Source: Takakia lepidozioides
Lineage: Eukaryota; Plantae; Bryophyta
Direction of reading: 5' to 3'
NCBI GenBank assembly: GCA_030704615.1
Contig: CM060734.1
Location: 31,124,001-31,188,000, forward strand
DNA length: 64,000 bases
The notes below the pieces were generated by a model that saw only the letters and a list, made by a program, of their open reading frames with translations, searched no databases and was not told the origin of the DNA. This document shows positions 11,891 to 24,426 of this stretch, in pieces. The position numbers and the translations under genes are program-made. Within the stretch, counting starts at the first letter, position 1. Each line of letters begins with the position of its first letter.

Positions 11891-12620
11891 CACTACAACA
11901 GATTTCGGCTTTTACGTCTGCTATTTTCCAGTCGTATCAGCCTTTTACGACTGCATGAGTGCCCAGTCAGATAAACCCAGTCAGTTGTTACAAATGAGTC
12001 GTAAGCGCCATAGAGTCGTATCTGCCAGTCGTGGAGCTCACTGTTGACGTGGCAACGGGGACGCCTACTCATAGTCATTGATAAGACTGTAGTAAATGAC
12101 TGCGAATCCATGTCAGCTTCACGTGGAATGGAAGGGATATGCCACGTGTCACGTCCAAGGGAAGGCGACAGGGTCATCATGACTGGCATATACGACTTCC
12201 GCGGATTAACCCCAGGACAGCACGTGGAGAATACCGGGAACGACACGTGGCATGATAGGGTGACTGGAGATGACACGTGGCATGACAATATGGAGCGGGA
12301 GGGTCTTTCGTGACTGACATATATGACTTTGGACGTTTAATCCCAGGTTCACACGTGGAGTCAAATTACGCAGGATGGGGGTGGGGTGGTCGTTATGACT
12401 GGAACATAGGACTTCCATGGCGCACTCTGGATACTGCACGTGGCACGAGTATGGGCAAACACGAGGGGTGAAAGTGGCACGTGGCGGAGGCTCTGTGGAT
12501 GGGAGGTAGTCGTGTACATGACCGTAGCATTGAAACACGAAAGCACCATTGAAAGCATACGAAAACACCATTGAAACATGAAAGCACATTTGAAATTGGA
12601 ACATCGATTCAAATACAACG
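11891..12620 (+). mobile_element. CACTA (EnSpm) element left end with subterminal repeats
   Basis: Starts CACTACAACAGATTTCGGCTTTTACGTCTG; AGTCGT/ACGACT subterminal repeats; a near-identical terminus occurs at 28326. Right TIR not found. Confidence 0.7.
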
Positions 12621-13739
12621 TGACTTAATGTTAAGAGATCCGTTCCATAATCTAATCCGATGCTGCTACAAAAATGCACAAAGCTACAAAGTCTAAGTAG
12701 ACTTCCAAATGCCTGAGTAGAAGATGCATACACTGGCTTGGCCGGACTTGGTCACCCACCTTCAACTGCTATCCAGCCCGAAAATGGCAGAAGATACATG
12801 AGCAAGCTTTCAGGCAATATAGCAACATTGACATATGTGAAACAAACTATATGTCTAAGCACCATTACACAAACTCGATGTGTGCAAAATGGAAGATTGC
12901 AAGTAGGGAACAGTAGCATGAAATTCTTCACTGAACTGCAGCTAACACCAACAAATGCCAGTACTGTTGGATGAGAGTTCACTACACTTAATTCATGTTA
13001 GCCCTCTCCTGCCCCAAACTGTCTGACTGCCCATTCTTATGGCACTTACACAGATTCTCTCTCAAGTATCACGAAGCTTTTATCAATAAGGAAGCCCCGA
13101 GTTACCCTGTACATTTGAGAACTTAAAGTACTTAGTAGCACAACAAACACAACTGCTGGCTGATCAGAGCGTAAGGGGCATTGGCTCCCAATATAACCAC
13201 TAGGGATTATAGGAACGCTATTTCTAATATCACGCAGCTATGGAGGAGGGATGAGAGAAAGAGGAACAACGGAGGTCGTGGTGCTTACTGTGCGTCATCC
13301 TTCGAAGCAAAGACTGAATGGTTGTACTTTATGCATGGAAATGACGCCACGACTGATGGCTCCATTCCCCGCAAGCTTCGATCAACCTGAAATGAAAACA
13401 GGCGTGACAAAGCCCAAGTTCATGCTGGTGCTTTCCGTGAATTGATCCAATGACTTGCCTAGACTTTCAAGTGAACCAATTTTAGTCATCCCATCAGACT
13501 ACATCCAACTTCCCACATTTCAAAACACCATGGCATATATATAGATGATGGGATCTAGCACTCTGTAGACGCTCATTGTTGGTTACAAGTACTGCGACTC
13601 TTTAGGCGCGAGATTGCCCAACTGCATTGTCCCAACCACCCAAGTTGTCGTCCATCCCACTGCCACTTTGACTTGTTCATTCTTGTCTATTGCTCATCGT
13701 TGAGCTTCACCCCTTCCCCCATCATTTGCTTTCAGGTCT

Positions 13740-14030
13740 CCAAAGCCTCATCCCGCGCTCCTGCTCTGCATACCCTGCAAGCATCGCGTTCCACGACACC
13801 ACTTCTCGTTTAGCCATAGTGTTGAACACTCCCTTGGCATCCTCAATGCACCCACATTTGGCATACATGTCCACCAGGGCAGGGTTCAGAATGACATCTG
13901 GTACAAATCCAGCTTTGACGATGTCACCATGGACCTCTTTCCCCTATTCTAGAGCTCCCAGCCTTGCACACGCATTGCAAACACAAACAAACGTGATGTG
14001 GTTGGGCTTCACCCTTTGCACATCAGTTGC
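13740..14030 (-). pseudogene. PLS-class PPR gene fragment
   Basis: KPNHITFVCVCNACARLGALE*GKEVH...[36 protein letters not shown], with an in-frame stop. Confidence 0.85.
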
Positions 14031-14399
14031 TCACCAGACTGATTTAATGTAAACTCAGGGCAGAGATCCTACCTTTGAATAACAAACAGAAGCAAAGAGG
14101 AAAGGGAGAGTAATTGCACCCAACTCAACTAATCACACTAGTTCCTATGGTCAATTGCATCTGCTACTCTCTCTAATCTGACAGGCATTCACCTTTTTGC
14201 CTCGGTTGTCCCACCATTTACTGGGGTCAGCAGAGTATTCATCCCACAGCTTCTCCTCATATCTGTTACCTGTTTTTGGATACTTTCATATTGTCACATT
14301 GGCAGTATCATGTCAGAGTCATTCCAAACAAGATTCACTCAACCAGCTAACTTGCAGAATTCAACAGGGAAATTTAGGGCCAATTCTGATAAGAAGGCA

Positions 14400-15870
14400 G
14401 CTCTGAAGATGTCGCCATGGACCTCGTTGCCCTTATCCAGATCTGTCGGGGCAGTGTGCAGAATGACATTTGGTACAGCTACATCAAAACATTTTGCATA
14501 CATGTCCACCAGGATATTGTTCAGGATGATAGTTGGTACGGTTCCAGCTCTGGAGATGCCGCCTTGGGCCTCTTTGCCCTTTTCCAGATGTGTTAGGGCA
14601 GTGTGCAGAATGACATTATGTACAGCTACAACAGAACCTGCAAGCATCGCATTCCATGACACTGTACACCATATCTCGTTCAGCCATAGTGGCAAACACT
14701 CCCTTTGCATCCTCGATGCACCCAGATTTTGCATACATGTCCACCATGGTATTGTTTAGAGTGACAGTTGGTACAATTCCAGCTCTGAAGATGTCGCCAT
14801 GGACCACTTTGCCCTTTCCCAGATCTGCCAGGGCAGTGTGTAGAGTGACATTTGGAACAACTACAACACCACCTGCAGGCATCGCATTCCACGGCACTAA
14901 ATCACGTTCAGCCATAGTGTCAAACACTCCCTTAGCATCCTCGATGCACCCACATTTTGTATACATGTCCACCAGGGTATTGTTCAGAGTGACAGTTGGC
15001 ACAATTTCAGCTCTGAAGATGTCGCCATGGGCCTCTTTGCCCTTTCCCAGATCGGCAAGGGCAGTGTGTAGAGTGATATTTGGTACAACTACAGCAACAC
15101 CTGCAGGCACCGCATTCCACGACACCAGGTCACGTTCAGCCATAGTGTCAAACATTCCCTTTGCATCCTCGATGCACCCGCATTTTGCATACATGTCCAC
15201 CATGGTATTGTTTAGAGTGACAGTTGGTACAATTCCAGCTCTGAAGATGTCGCCATGGACCTCTTTCCCCATTTCCAGAGCTGCCAAGCAGTGTTTAGAA
15301 TTGGTACTTTCCAGCTTTGACGATATCCCCATGCACCTCTTTGCCCTTCTCTAGGGCTGCCAGGCTTGCACGACGCCACGTCTTGTTCAGCCATAGTGTT
15401 GAACACTCCCTTTGCATCCTAGATGCACCCACATTTTGCAAACATGTCCACCAGGGTGTTGTTTAAAATGAAATCTGGTACAATTCCAGCTCTGAAGATG
15501 TCGCCATGGACCTCTTTCCCCATTTCCAGAGCTGCCAGGGCAGTGTTTAGAATGACATTTGGTACTAGTCCAGCTTTGATGATATCCCCATGCACCTCTT
15601 TGCCCTTCTCTAGGGCTGCCAGGCTTGCACGACGCCACATCTTGTTCAGCCATAGTGTTGAACACTCCCTTTGCATCCTAGATGCACCCACATTTTGCAA
15701 ACATGTCCACCAGGGTGTTGTTCAAAATGAAATCTGGTACAATTCCAGCTCTGAAGATGTCGCCATGGACCTCTTTCCCCATTTCCAGAGCTGCCAGGGC
15801 AGTGTTCAGAAATGACGCTTGGTACAATTCCAGCTTTGATGATATCCCCATGCACCTCTTTGCCCATGAC
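14400..15870 (-). repeat. PPR-derived tandem repeats (228-bp and ~259-bp units)
   Basis: The anchor CGCC(A/T)TGG occurs at 14413, 14560, 14795, 15023, 15251, 15502 and 15761 (spacings 147, 235, 228, 228, 251, 259). Units encode GKEVHGDIFRAG...[18 protein letters not shown]. Confidence 0.9.
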
Positions 15871-15888
15871 CAGTTCTGCTACCTGCTG

Positions 15889-16491
15889 CTATGAGCTGCA
15901 TTGTTCATGTTTGAACTCAGTTAAGTCAGCCGCCAAAAGATCAAGTTGTTCTCCAGCAGCTTTCAGGTGTGATTGGGGCAGTCCTTGAAGCACCAAAATT
16001 CTGGCATTAACTACCGTTGCACTACCCACATGAGGAGCTGCCCTCTCCTCAGTAGACTTGGCAGTCTTGCCGAGTCCAACTATCATCACATGTAGGGTTT
16101 GTAGTTCATGTTCAGGCTCAGCCACTCTGGTATGTAAAGGACGAATTTTCTCAGTAGAATCCTTTTGCTGCACTGTCAATAGTTCAAGTGCCTCTTGTGC
16201 GTGACCTGGCTGAGCTAATCCAGCCATCATCCCATTCCATGAGATCACATCGCGCTTGGGCAATTTTGCAAACACTTCCCGTGCATCTTCCACACCCCCG
16301 CATTTGCAATACATGTTGACAAGGGCGTTCCCCATACTGACATTTGACTGAAATCCAGCTCTAATGATGCCCTCATGGAGCTGCTTGCCTTGCTCTATCA
16401 ACAATGGGCTGGAACATGCATTCAAGATGCACAAGAAAATGACCTTATCTGCCTTCACACCTTCTCTTTGCATCAGATTCACTCGATTCAC
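15889..16491 (-). pseudogene. PLS PPR fragment fused in frame to an unrelated non-PPR segment
   Basis: MQREGVKADKVIFLCILNACSS...NALVNMYCKCG...RDVISWNGMMAGLAQPGHAQEALEL, followed by non-PPR sequence. The 5' end abuts the rDNA fragment. Confidence 0.75.
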
Positions 16492-16640
16492 ACAGTAAAC
16501 TTATGCACCCAATTGTCAACCTCACCACGGCACCCGGACTCTCTACATTTCAGCCGACCGACGGCTGCGCGTCGGACGGCCATCTCCACCCGACTCGCCC
16601 GCTCCGCCAGAGCGGAGTGGGGAGACGGTGGGTATCTCGA

Positions 16641-16796
16641 TGACGCTCAGGCAGGCATGCCCTCGGGACAAGCCTCGGGCGCAACTTGCGTTCAAAGACT
16701 CGATGATTCGCGGAATTCTGCAATTCACATTACGTATCGCATTTCGCTGCGTTCTTCATCGTTGCAAGAGCCAAGATATCCGTTGCTGAGAGTAGT
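16641..16796 (-). rRNA. 5.8S rRNA, orphan copy with partial ITS2 (~16520-16640) and ITS1 (~16797-17022)
   Basis: Minus strand reads CTCTCAGCAACGGATATCTTGGCTCTTGCAACGATGAAGAACGCAGCGAAATGCGATACG...TCTTTGAACGCAAGTTGCGCCCGAGGC...GCCTGAGCGTCA. Flanks are GC-rich; no 18S or 26S sequence is present. Confidence 0.95.
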
Positions 16797-17221
16797 TACT
16801 AGTTTGCTACCTGCTCGCCTCCCGCGCCCTCCGCCGGGACGGTGGGGCAGGGGGCGAGCCTGGCTCAGACCTGAGGTTGCTTCATCGTGCCTCCTCCCCC
16901 CTCCCCGGAGGGAGTGGAGAGAGTTGGGGTGGCCCCGTGCGCACCTTGAAGGGGAGCAGGGGGAGGGGAGTGCCCACGACGCCCGGGCCGAAGCCGAGAC
17001 GTTGGACCAGCACACCGGATTTACTTGAAGATGGGACCCTATCAACCATCACCCTCAGGCTTGGCTCTATTGCACCCTTTCCTGCATCCCTATTGGTCCC
17101 TCCAATCGACTCTCTTTTTTCGACCTTCAAAACTTCTGCCAACTGATGTTGAGTAAGTAGTAGAGCAAGCTGGACACTTTGGTGCTCAACATTATGTCAT
17201 CTTTTTAATTTCAGACCAACA

Positions 17222-17830
17222 GGCACTAGCTCAGTTGGCTAGTGCACTCAGTGCCACCCACATGATTCTGGGGTCAAATCTCTCCCCCTTCCCTTGGGCG
17301 GTGTCCCATGCACCATGTACAAGCCTTCACCGCGAGGTTCCTGTGAAAGAGGTTATTTTCAGTGTTGGTCTGGTATATAGGTGAAGGACTGGTATATGCA
17401 CTGGTATCAGTTTTTTCATACCAGCCACAATACCAGTACTCTGGTATGTATACTATACTAATTTATGTGTATATAATGCCTACATACTTGTACTTATATA
17501 TATTTATTTCTTTATTTGTATTGTATTTGTTTTCACTTGATACTTGCTGTTTGATAAACTTGTAATTCAAGATGGCTTTGGAATGATACCAGAATTGATA
17601 TCTGGTACCAGCCGGTGTTGTGGTCATGATACTCATACTCATACCAATATTTAGAAACATATACATCCACCATTATATAGACCAGACTGGTATAAAAAAT
17701 TTGTGATACGTTTGGTACCAGGACCAGTCTGGTATGTCCTGAACCTGATACCAGAACAACACTGGTTATTTTTTCCTCTCACTATAATTAAGGGGCCTGA
17801 TTTGTGAGCTGTCGCTCCCAGCTGTTTCCC
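17222..17830 (+). mobile_element. tRNA-derived SINE, interrupted by a hAT MITE
   Basis: A box TAGCTCAGTTGG at 17227-17238 and degenerate B box GGGTCAAATC at 17271-17280. No complete cloverleaf; 3' end approximate. Confidence 0.5.
17360..17764. mobile_element. Non-autonomous hAT element (MITE)
   Basis: 17-bp TIRs CAGTGTTGGTCTGGTAT / ATACCAGAACAACACTG (1 mismatch), perfect 8-bp TSD GTTATTTT (17352-17359 and 17765-17772), internal CTGGTAT/ATACCAG repeats. Confidence 0.92.
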
Positions 17831-19252
17831 AATGTTTCCAAATGCCGATTTGTTCATTGCTGAGTTGAAATGATTAAAAGTTGTCCATGCACATGAGCTC
17901 ATGGAAGTTTGATCTCCCTCGCGACCAACATATTCTACTGCAGAAGCACAATGCTGCTAACGTTTTGACTGCAATTTATCGCAATGTAAATCACTGCAGG
18001 ATAATTTACATTAGGGTAATTCATACCCTTAGCTGAGGGTAGAAGCCGGTCGTGGTGCTATGTAAGGGGTAGTTCTGTGCTTGGCAACGGAATGATGATG
18101 TTCCATGTGACACCTGTTACATACCCACTTTTCTAGCCCTGCCACCTCGTTATTCTTGCCACATGGGCGCTGGGTAAAATTTATATGTGGCCCATCCTCG
18201 GCACCAACTCCCAAGCCATTTCAGGATATGGCGATTTTGGAAAATTGGAAAAAGAAAAAACACTGCTCTCCACACATAACATTTAAAGAGGGTCACCTGT
18301 ATCAAGACTATGTATTGATTTCAAGAGTAGCAGAAGCAGAATACAGAATACCTAACATCCTTGCACAAATTTGTCTTAAAGGCACTTGGAGGTGGATCAG
18401 CTGTGAATAGGGTGTTTATTTCACGTTATTAAAATTTATCATGAACAAGCATGTTCAGTATCGATTCCCCAGCTCTAAGATCTTGGCGAAGATCGGAGAA
18501 CAAGCCACTGCATGCACAAGGCTCAGCGGGCAATCGAGACACAATGATGCTGTTCTCTGAACAACTATCAGCTGTATCTAATTACTGCAGAGCTCTCAAA
18601 CTATTCACAACTATTCTAACACGAAAAATTCGAAGAAGCTGCCTGCAATCTCAAGTAACCCCTGACAACATTAACGTCGGCCTCCAAGAATTTTCCACGT
18701 TTCAAGATTTCCACTTCTTAAATGCAGAGCTCCAGCCAGCGGCACTGCATTATGTGGGTCGATGCATCCATTTAGTGTGGGACGGTGTATCCTGCACAGA
18801 AACGTTCTTTGATTAATGAACACGGGACGAGCTACAAGTTTCTCTCCTGAATTCAATGACAAAAGCTTCAGAAATTCAGACTCGAGTGAACAACAAACTG
18901 GAACTTTCACAAGAGCGTATACATGTAATGTATTTAAGCACAAGTAGCTAGGCTCAAGCCCGTCTTACTGCTCCATCTCGCAAAGTTATTACAGTAAGTT
19001 CGCCAAACAGACATGAGGACGAGAGATTGACGTCTATAGTGGCACCTATCGGATGTGTGCATGGACAGCACACACAACTTTTAGCCAGAGCTTACTGTGG
19101 AATATGTAGGTACTTCAATTGCACGGACGATTTCCCAAACTAGCTACAGGAGCCAGCTTCACCGGATCTATGACTGGTCCTATAAGAACCTTGCGCTAAG
19201 ATGTACGAGTGCTATTCATAATATATACGTGGAAAAGAGTCTAGAGACTCAC

Positions 19253-19565
19253 GACCGCATCTGAATCCAGCCAGGTCGTATCGGTGGCATCTCTTGGGAA
19301 GCTGCAGAGCATTGCTGACCATGTGCCCGGGGTAGCTTCCAGACATCAGCTCCCGACATAAGCACTGCTTGTTGACGTGCCTCACAGCACTGCAGCAGCT
19401 GGAGGTCGGAACACCAACATGCGCCCCTACCACAGCGCTGTAGCACGGCAATAGGGAGTTGAGGTTGCAGTGCGGTGCCGCGTGTCTTGCACTGGCTTGG
19501 GACGCCATGGCCAGCACAGCCAGCAGGCAGAAGCCGAGAGCAGCGACGCGTTTGTTCCCCTCCAT
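19253..19565 (-). CDS. Non-specific lipid-transfer protein (8-Cys motif, type D-like), exon 1; terminal exon unresolved
   Basis: Signal peptide MEGNKRVAALGFCLLAVLAMASQASA; C...C...CC...CLC...C...C pattern; GTGAGT donor 4 nt after the last Cys codon. Confidence 0.9.
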
Positions 19566-19728
19566 CTGTGATGAGCGGTAGAGTGCAGAGAGCGTTTCTT
19601 ATACAACAAGAGAAGGAGTCTGGACGTGTCCTTGCTACCAAGAAACTTGAGCGCGAGCTTGAGCGCAGTGAACTATAAGCCGCTACGGTTGTTGCTGCAG
19701 TGAGGAAGAGCAGGGCGACGTGGTGGTG

Positions 19729-19736
19729 TTTATATA
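19729..19736 (-). promoter_or_regulatory. TATA box of the nsLTP gene
   Basis: TATATAAA on the minus strand about 165 bp upstream of the ATG. Confidence 0.55.
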
Positions 19737-20445
19737 CGTCTCGACGCTTACCCACCTCCGAATGTAGAGGTTCCATTTGATCATAAATATCAGAAGGCAG
19801 GCTGCGGCGGAGTGGGTGAGTGAAAGTTGGCAACGATCCAGAACGAGTCGAGATAGAACTTCCGTGTTCAGAAGTCGGATCACCCACTTGCTCTCAAGTA
19901 GCCGTTTCAAATTATTGTCTTTCTATACACAAGTTTCATAAACCACAATCAACATTGTGGCCCCCGAAGAAAAATGTGATCAGAATTCCTGCAACTCTTG
20001 ATGCCTTCATTCAAATTCGAGCCCAAAAAAGATATGTTGTAAAGGTCAAAATGCTGTTCAAGAGGTCTTCGAATTCAAATTTAGCAGCCCTGTCATAATG
20101 CCTGCACCCACTTCTTGTGCACTGACTTCCATACAACGGGATCGTCTCAAAACTTTGGACTACCGCACCGGATTATAGCTGGCCTCCGTTGAAGATGGAC
20201 CCTCTAGCACATAATGTTTAAGTTATACTACAGGTACGGTGGGATCGCCACATGTTAGGGGTTTATAAATTATCATATGTTTGTGGATGGAAAGTTATGT
20301 TCTTGACAACCAGCTCCGTGCATGTACTAGCTCTCCCACTGATGAAGTCACGTAACTAAGATTGAATAAGGAATTAGGAAGCTTTCAGAGAAACTTCATA
20401 ACTTGCACAGTAATGCAGAGGCTCTTCTTGGCTCAAGATTACTTA

Positions 20446-20628
20446 ACTAGTGCCATTTGGAATCCATAGATCCTACGATGCAGATGTTTGTAATAAATAT
20501 CAGACTCTTTGTACAACTGGTAGACCTAGCACGGACTAGTGCCATTTGGAATCCATAGAACCTACGATGCAGATGTTTGTAATAAATACCAGACTCTTTG
20601 TACAACTGGTAGACCTAGCACGGACTAG
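20446..20628. repeat. 89-bp tandem duplication
   Basis: Copies start at 20446 and 20535 and differ at 2 positions. Confidence 0.95.
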
Positions 20629-21972
20629 AAATGGTCTTCGAAACTATGTTCATATGTATATGAAGTAGACAGGTCTGGCATTTGCTCATCAAGTGCCAAT
20701 TTCAACGATTGATGTAGATATATGTGAACTCATATTGGAAAATTCCTTGTACATAAACACAAGTGTTGAATTGGGTTGATTATGCGAGCTCTAGTTGAGG
20801 AAAGTGTAGTATGTGTTGGAGGATTGTGATGTTTTGATATGGGCCATGAATGGAGTCGAAAGTAGTATAAACCAACTGAGATAAAATCTAACTTTGAGCT
20901 CTAGATCTATCTTTCACCATGAGTTTCAAAACGTACATTAGCGTGTTGGTGGGTTGGAGGTTATGCCTAAGCACTTGCCGTAGTCTTCCTAAGCGAGCTT
21001 TCATGTTCTGCGAGGCCTGAATCGGATCCGCACTTCAGCAAGCTTACCGTCTTACGGGCAATATGTTCATCTGCATAACACAGCTACATATCTAGACTGG
21101 AATTACCTAGCTTGAATTGAGCTTGAAATTCGTGGATCTATACAAAAATATGTAAGTACTGCTGTCCAGAGTTGACAATTTGCGGCATTCATAAGGGTTG
21201 TCCAATGTCTTCAGGAACATTCTTTGATTTGTGTATACAAACTTGTGCATTTGATCGTTGTTTTCCCTGGATCCGAGCTCTAAATCGTCATTGTAGTGCC
21301 AAGCAAGTTTGAACTCTCAGCACCCAGTAACTACTTTGAGATTAGGGATATGGAGATTACTGCAGCCTAAGATCGAAAGGCCTAAAGTTGGAGGGCGTTC
21401 CAGAAAAATTCCCTTGCACACAATGCTTTGACTTGTAGTCAGTTCTATTTTGCGAACAGGGAATAAAATTTTATTGAAATCATACTGGAAATCCAGTGAA
21501 GAAACGTGAATATAAGAAGTTTGCTTGGAAGTTGAAAACCGCGTTTGTGCACATTATGCATAAACGGTGCGCAAGCAGTGCCAAAGCTCAACGGGCAAGC
21601 GCACTTGTGGCCATATTGAACCATCCTTAGAACCGCAGCTGAAACTATGCAAACATTCACACCTATAAAGAAACTTGACATCTGTCCTTGGAATTTCAAA
21701 CAAATAACCCAATCCCCAATGGAGCTCACAGATCTCTTTCTTCCATCCTGTCCCCGGAGCATCTTGAGCTCTCACTTAATCGACTGTAGCTTTGGCCGAC
21801 TCCAAGTGCTGACATTTTAGTGGGGAACTTTTTTTGGTTTTAGCTCCTGTTTGGAGAGCAGGCTGGAAATTATCTTTGACCCAGAAAAAATTATAATCTA
21901 TTTTATTTTTGCTGGGTGTTTGGCCTCCATATTGGGAATGTGTGGTAGCAATGGGCCATGTCCCCAAAATTA

Positions 21973-21990
21973 TTAACCCCTAAACGCCTT
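21973..21990 (+). mobile_element. Possible piggyBac left terminus of a second element
   Basis: TTAA followed by CCCCTAAACGCC, 10/12 identical to the reverse complement of the right TIR at 11015-11026. Confidence 0.35.
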
Positions 21991-23169
21991 ATTGAAATGA
22001 TAGATAATCTCATCCATAATTCTAGGTTTCATATGATATGGTGAATAGACACAACTCTTGAAGTATCAAGGGTTAGGGTTACACCGATTGGTCAACTGGA
22101 AGGTTACAACGGTTAGTTTGAAAAGTTGTGCTAAGTTCTTTGTCTTCTTCGTAGAGTATAAGCCTTAAGAAACATTAATGGGTAAGTGCAAATCCCATTT
22201 TAGGGGGATATGGATGGAACGAATCAAAAAATTGTGAGGGTCTTCCCGACTTGATTGAAAACATTGGAACCGTTCCGTTTTCAAAAAAAAAAACCCAATT
22301 TTTTCTTAAAATAAGAAAGGTGGCGAAGTGTTGAAATTAGTGCAATGTGTTGATCACTCCCCTCCGGATCACTACAAAAGAGGTATACCCAATTCTTGTC
22401 CAAAAACTCTAAACAATTAGGAGAAGCTGTCCAACATCATGATGAGATACATTCTTATGAAAATTGGGTTGGACAAGCCATTTAGGAATCTCGATAAGAT
22501 TTGTGATTTTGTTTTTCTATATTGCAAAGGTTACATAATATTTTAATACTCGTAAAATGGTTATAAGATTCCAGTTTTTATTAGAAAACATCATGAAATT
22601 AAATGTGGAGGTAATCGATATAATTACGAACATGATTGAGCGGCATATCCACCTCTAGTTTAGTAACGAATAAAAAAGTAGTCGCGGTGCAGAATTTTCA
22701 TTTCTGCATAGGCGTGGAGGTGGCTACAAAATGTTTGGGGATAAGTCGAGAGGTGGTGACTATTAGAATGTCCATCTAGATCCTACCTGGCTACATGTTC
22801 GTTGAGCTACCGTACAATATGGTGATTTTTTCACAGCATGTATATATTGCACGGGCGACACATCTAGAAATGTGGGCAGAATAGCCATAGCCCATGTATT
22901 GTCGAAAACTGGCTATGATGAAAACACCAAGGTAGCATTTCAGGCACCATAGCCCAATGGGGGATGGGCCGCGGTGGCGACAGCCTGCGCCTCCAGCCCG
23001 TCAAACCCTGGCGATTCGGCACACATGGCACGGCGCGGTGCCACATGGCACAAATTGTATTTTTTTAATATTTTTAAACTTAAAATAATTAAAATAAAAT
23101 AAAACATTATAAAAAACTTGATAAATAGCATCCCATCACGTGGCGCAGTGCGGAATACATCCATGAGTA

Positions 23170-23324
23170 CACTACCTTTTTGAAGTCATGGTCGTGACTT
23201 TTCAAATTGGCAGAGTCATATGTATGACGTTTTATGGTCAATGTTTCTTTGAGTCATGGTTTTAGTCATGAAATCCATGACTTAAGAATATAAAGTGTCA
23301 TGAAAACCATTTGTTGGCGTAATG
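23170..23324. mobile_element. Probable degenerate CACTA right end
   Basis: AGTCATG/CATGACT subterminal repeats ending TTGTTGGCGTAATG (reverse complement CATTACGCCAACAA). Confidence 0.4.
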
Positions 23325-24426
23325 TCTAACCCCAAAGAATGGGAAATAGAATGCAACGAGTAATCTTTCCAAGACAGACTTTAGATTCAGATGCTCCATA
23401 AAGATAATTTGAACTCTAGAACATCTTACATGATAAATTTCAACAGAGAATACCACATGAGTTGTAACACATTGAATATTTACGTTTCGTAAGCGAAACA
23501 TTATCGATCCAGCTGAGAAATACCAACAATATGTCTGCAAGACTCTTCAATCAACTAATGACTAAGACTAAATCTTCATAATGACAATAATCACAACATT
23601 AGACAATGTCAAATTTCACAAGTGAAACAAATTATTTTTGTAAGAAATGCATATGACTTTATTGTACCGAATGAGATATGTATATTTTTTCTACAGTAAT
23701 TTCGTAGGCGAAATTATGCAAAGATATGGGCGTCAGTTTCAGATGACTTCTCAAATAACCATCTTTAACTTACCTACTGCATTACAAATTGGTCTCTTCG
23801 AAATGGGCTAGAACTCTCCCATCCGTTGGTGATATGTTCTCACACCATTTATAGAGGAACCTATGCAAGGTGATCACGCTAGCACACAACTGCATCTCAA
23901 GTGTTGTACTTTGAGACTGAAAATGGACACAAGGCATATTGGTTTTTGCTATTTAAAAGGTCACGAAGATTCTAGAGAGTGGTTATTTAAAGGAGGTGGG
24001 AGAAACTTTTGCCAGAGTCTCTCCTTTTGTTAGAATTCAATCATGTCGTGTTCTATGAGAATGTCCTGAGAATGATGTCATGGCTAAGCGAAAGCCGACT
24101 CGGGGAGACATCATCATTAAGATTGTCTGCGAACTAGTGTACGAGTCCATCAGGGTTGCACACTGAAGTGACGTCACGTCGCGTTAGGCACATCGGATCC
24201 GACATTGACGTGGCCATACGTCACGTCAGTCTTATATATAAAATAAAATAAAAATAAGAGATAAAAAATATCTGTCACATAAGCTTTAAAAAGAACGAAA
24301 ACAATCATATGTCAATGGAAAAAAACCAGAAAACTGTCTCGTTCGCTAATAAATTATATATATTTTAGAAATATATTTAATTTGATTTAAATGCCATATA
24401 TTTTGAGATTATTCAAAATAAAATTA

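Noticed and set aside
14656-15815. Plus-strand ORFs of 232 and 130 aa
   Set aside because: Antisense shadows of the PPR repeats.
16375-17146. ORFs spanning the 5.8S/ITS region
   Set aside because: A by-product of GC-rich rDNA with few stop codons.
19249-19887. 212-aa minus-strand ORF overlapping the LTP
   Set aside because: Alternative frame starting upstream of the TATA box; the 8-Cys frame is the real gene.
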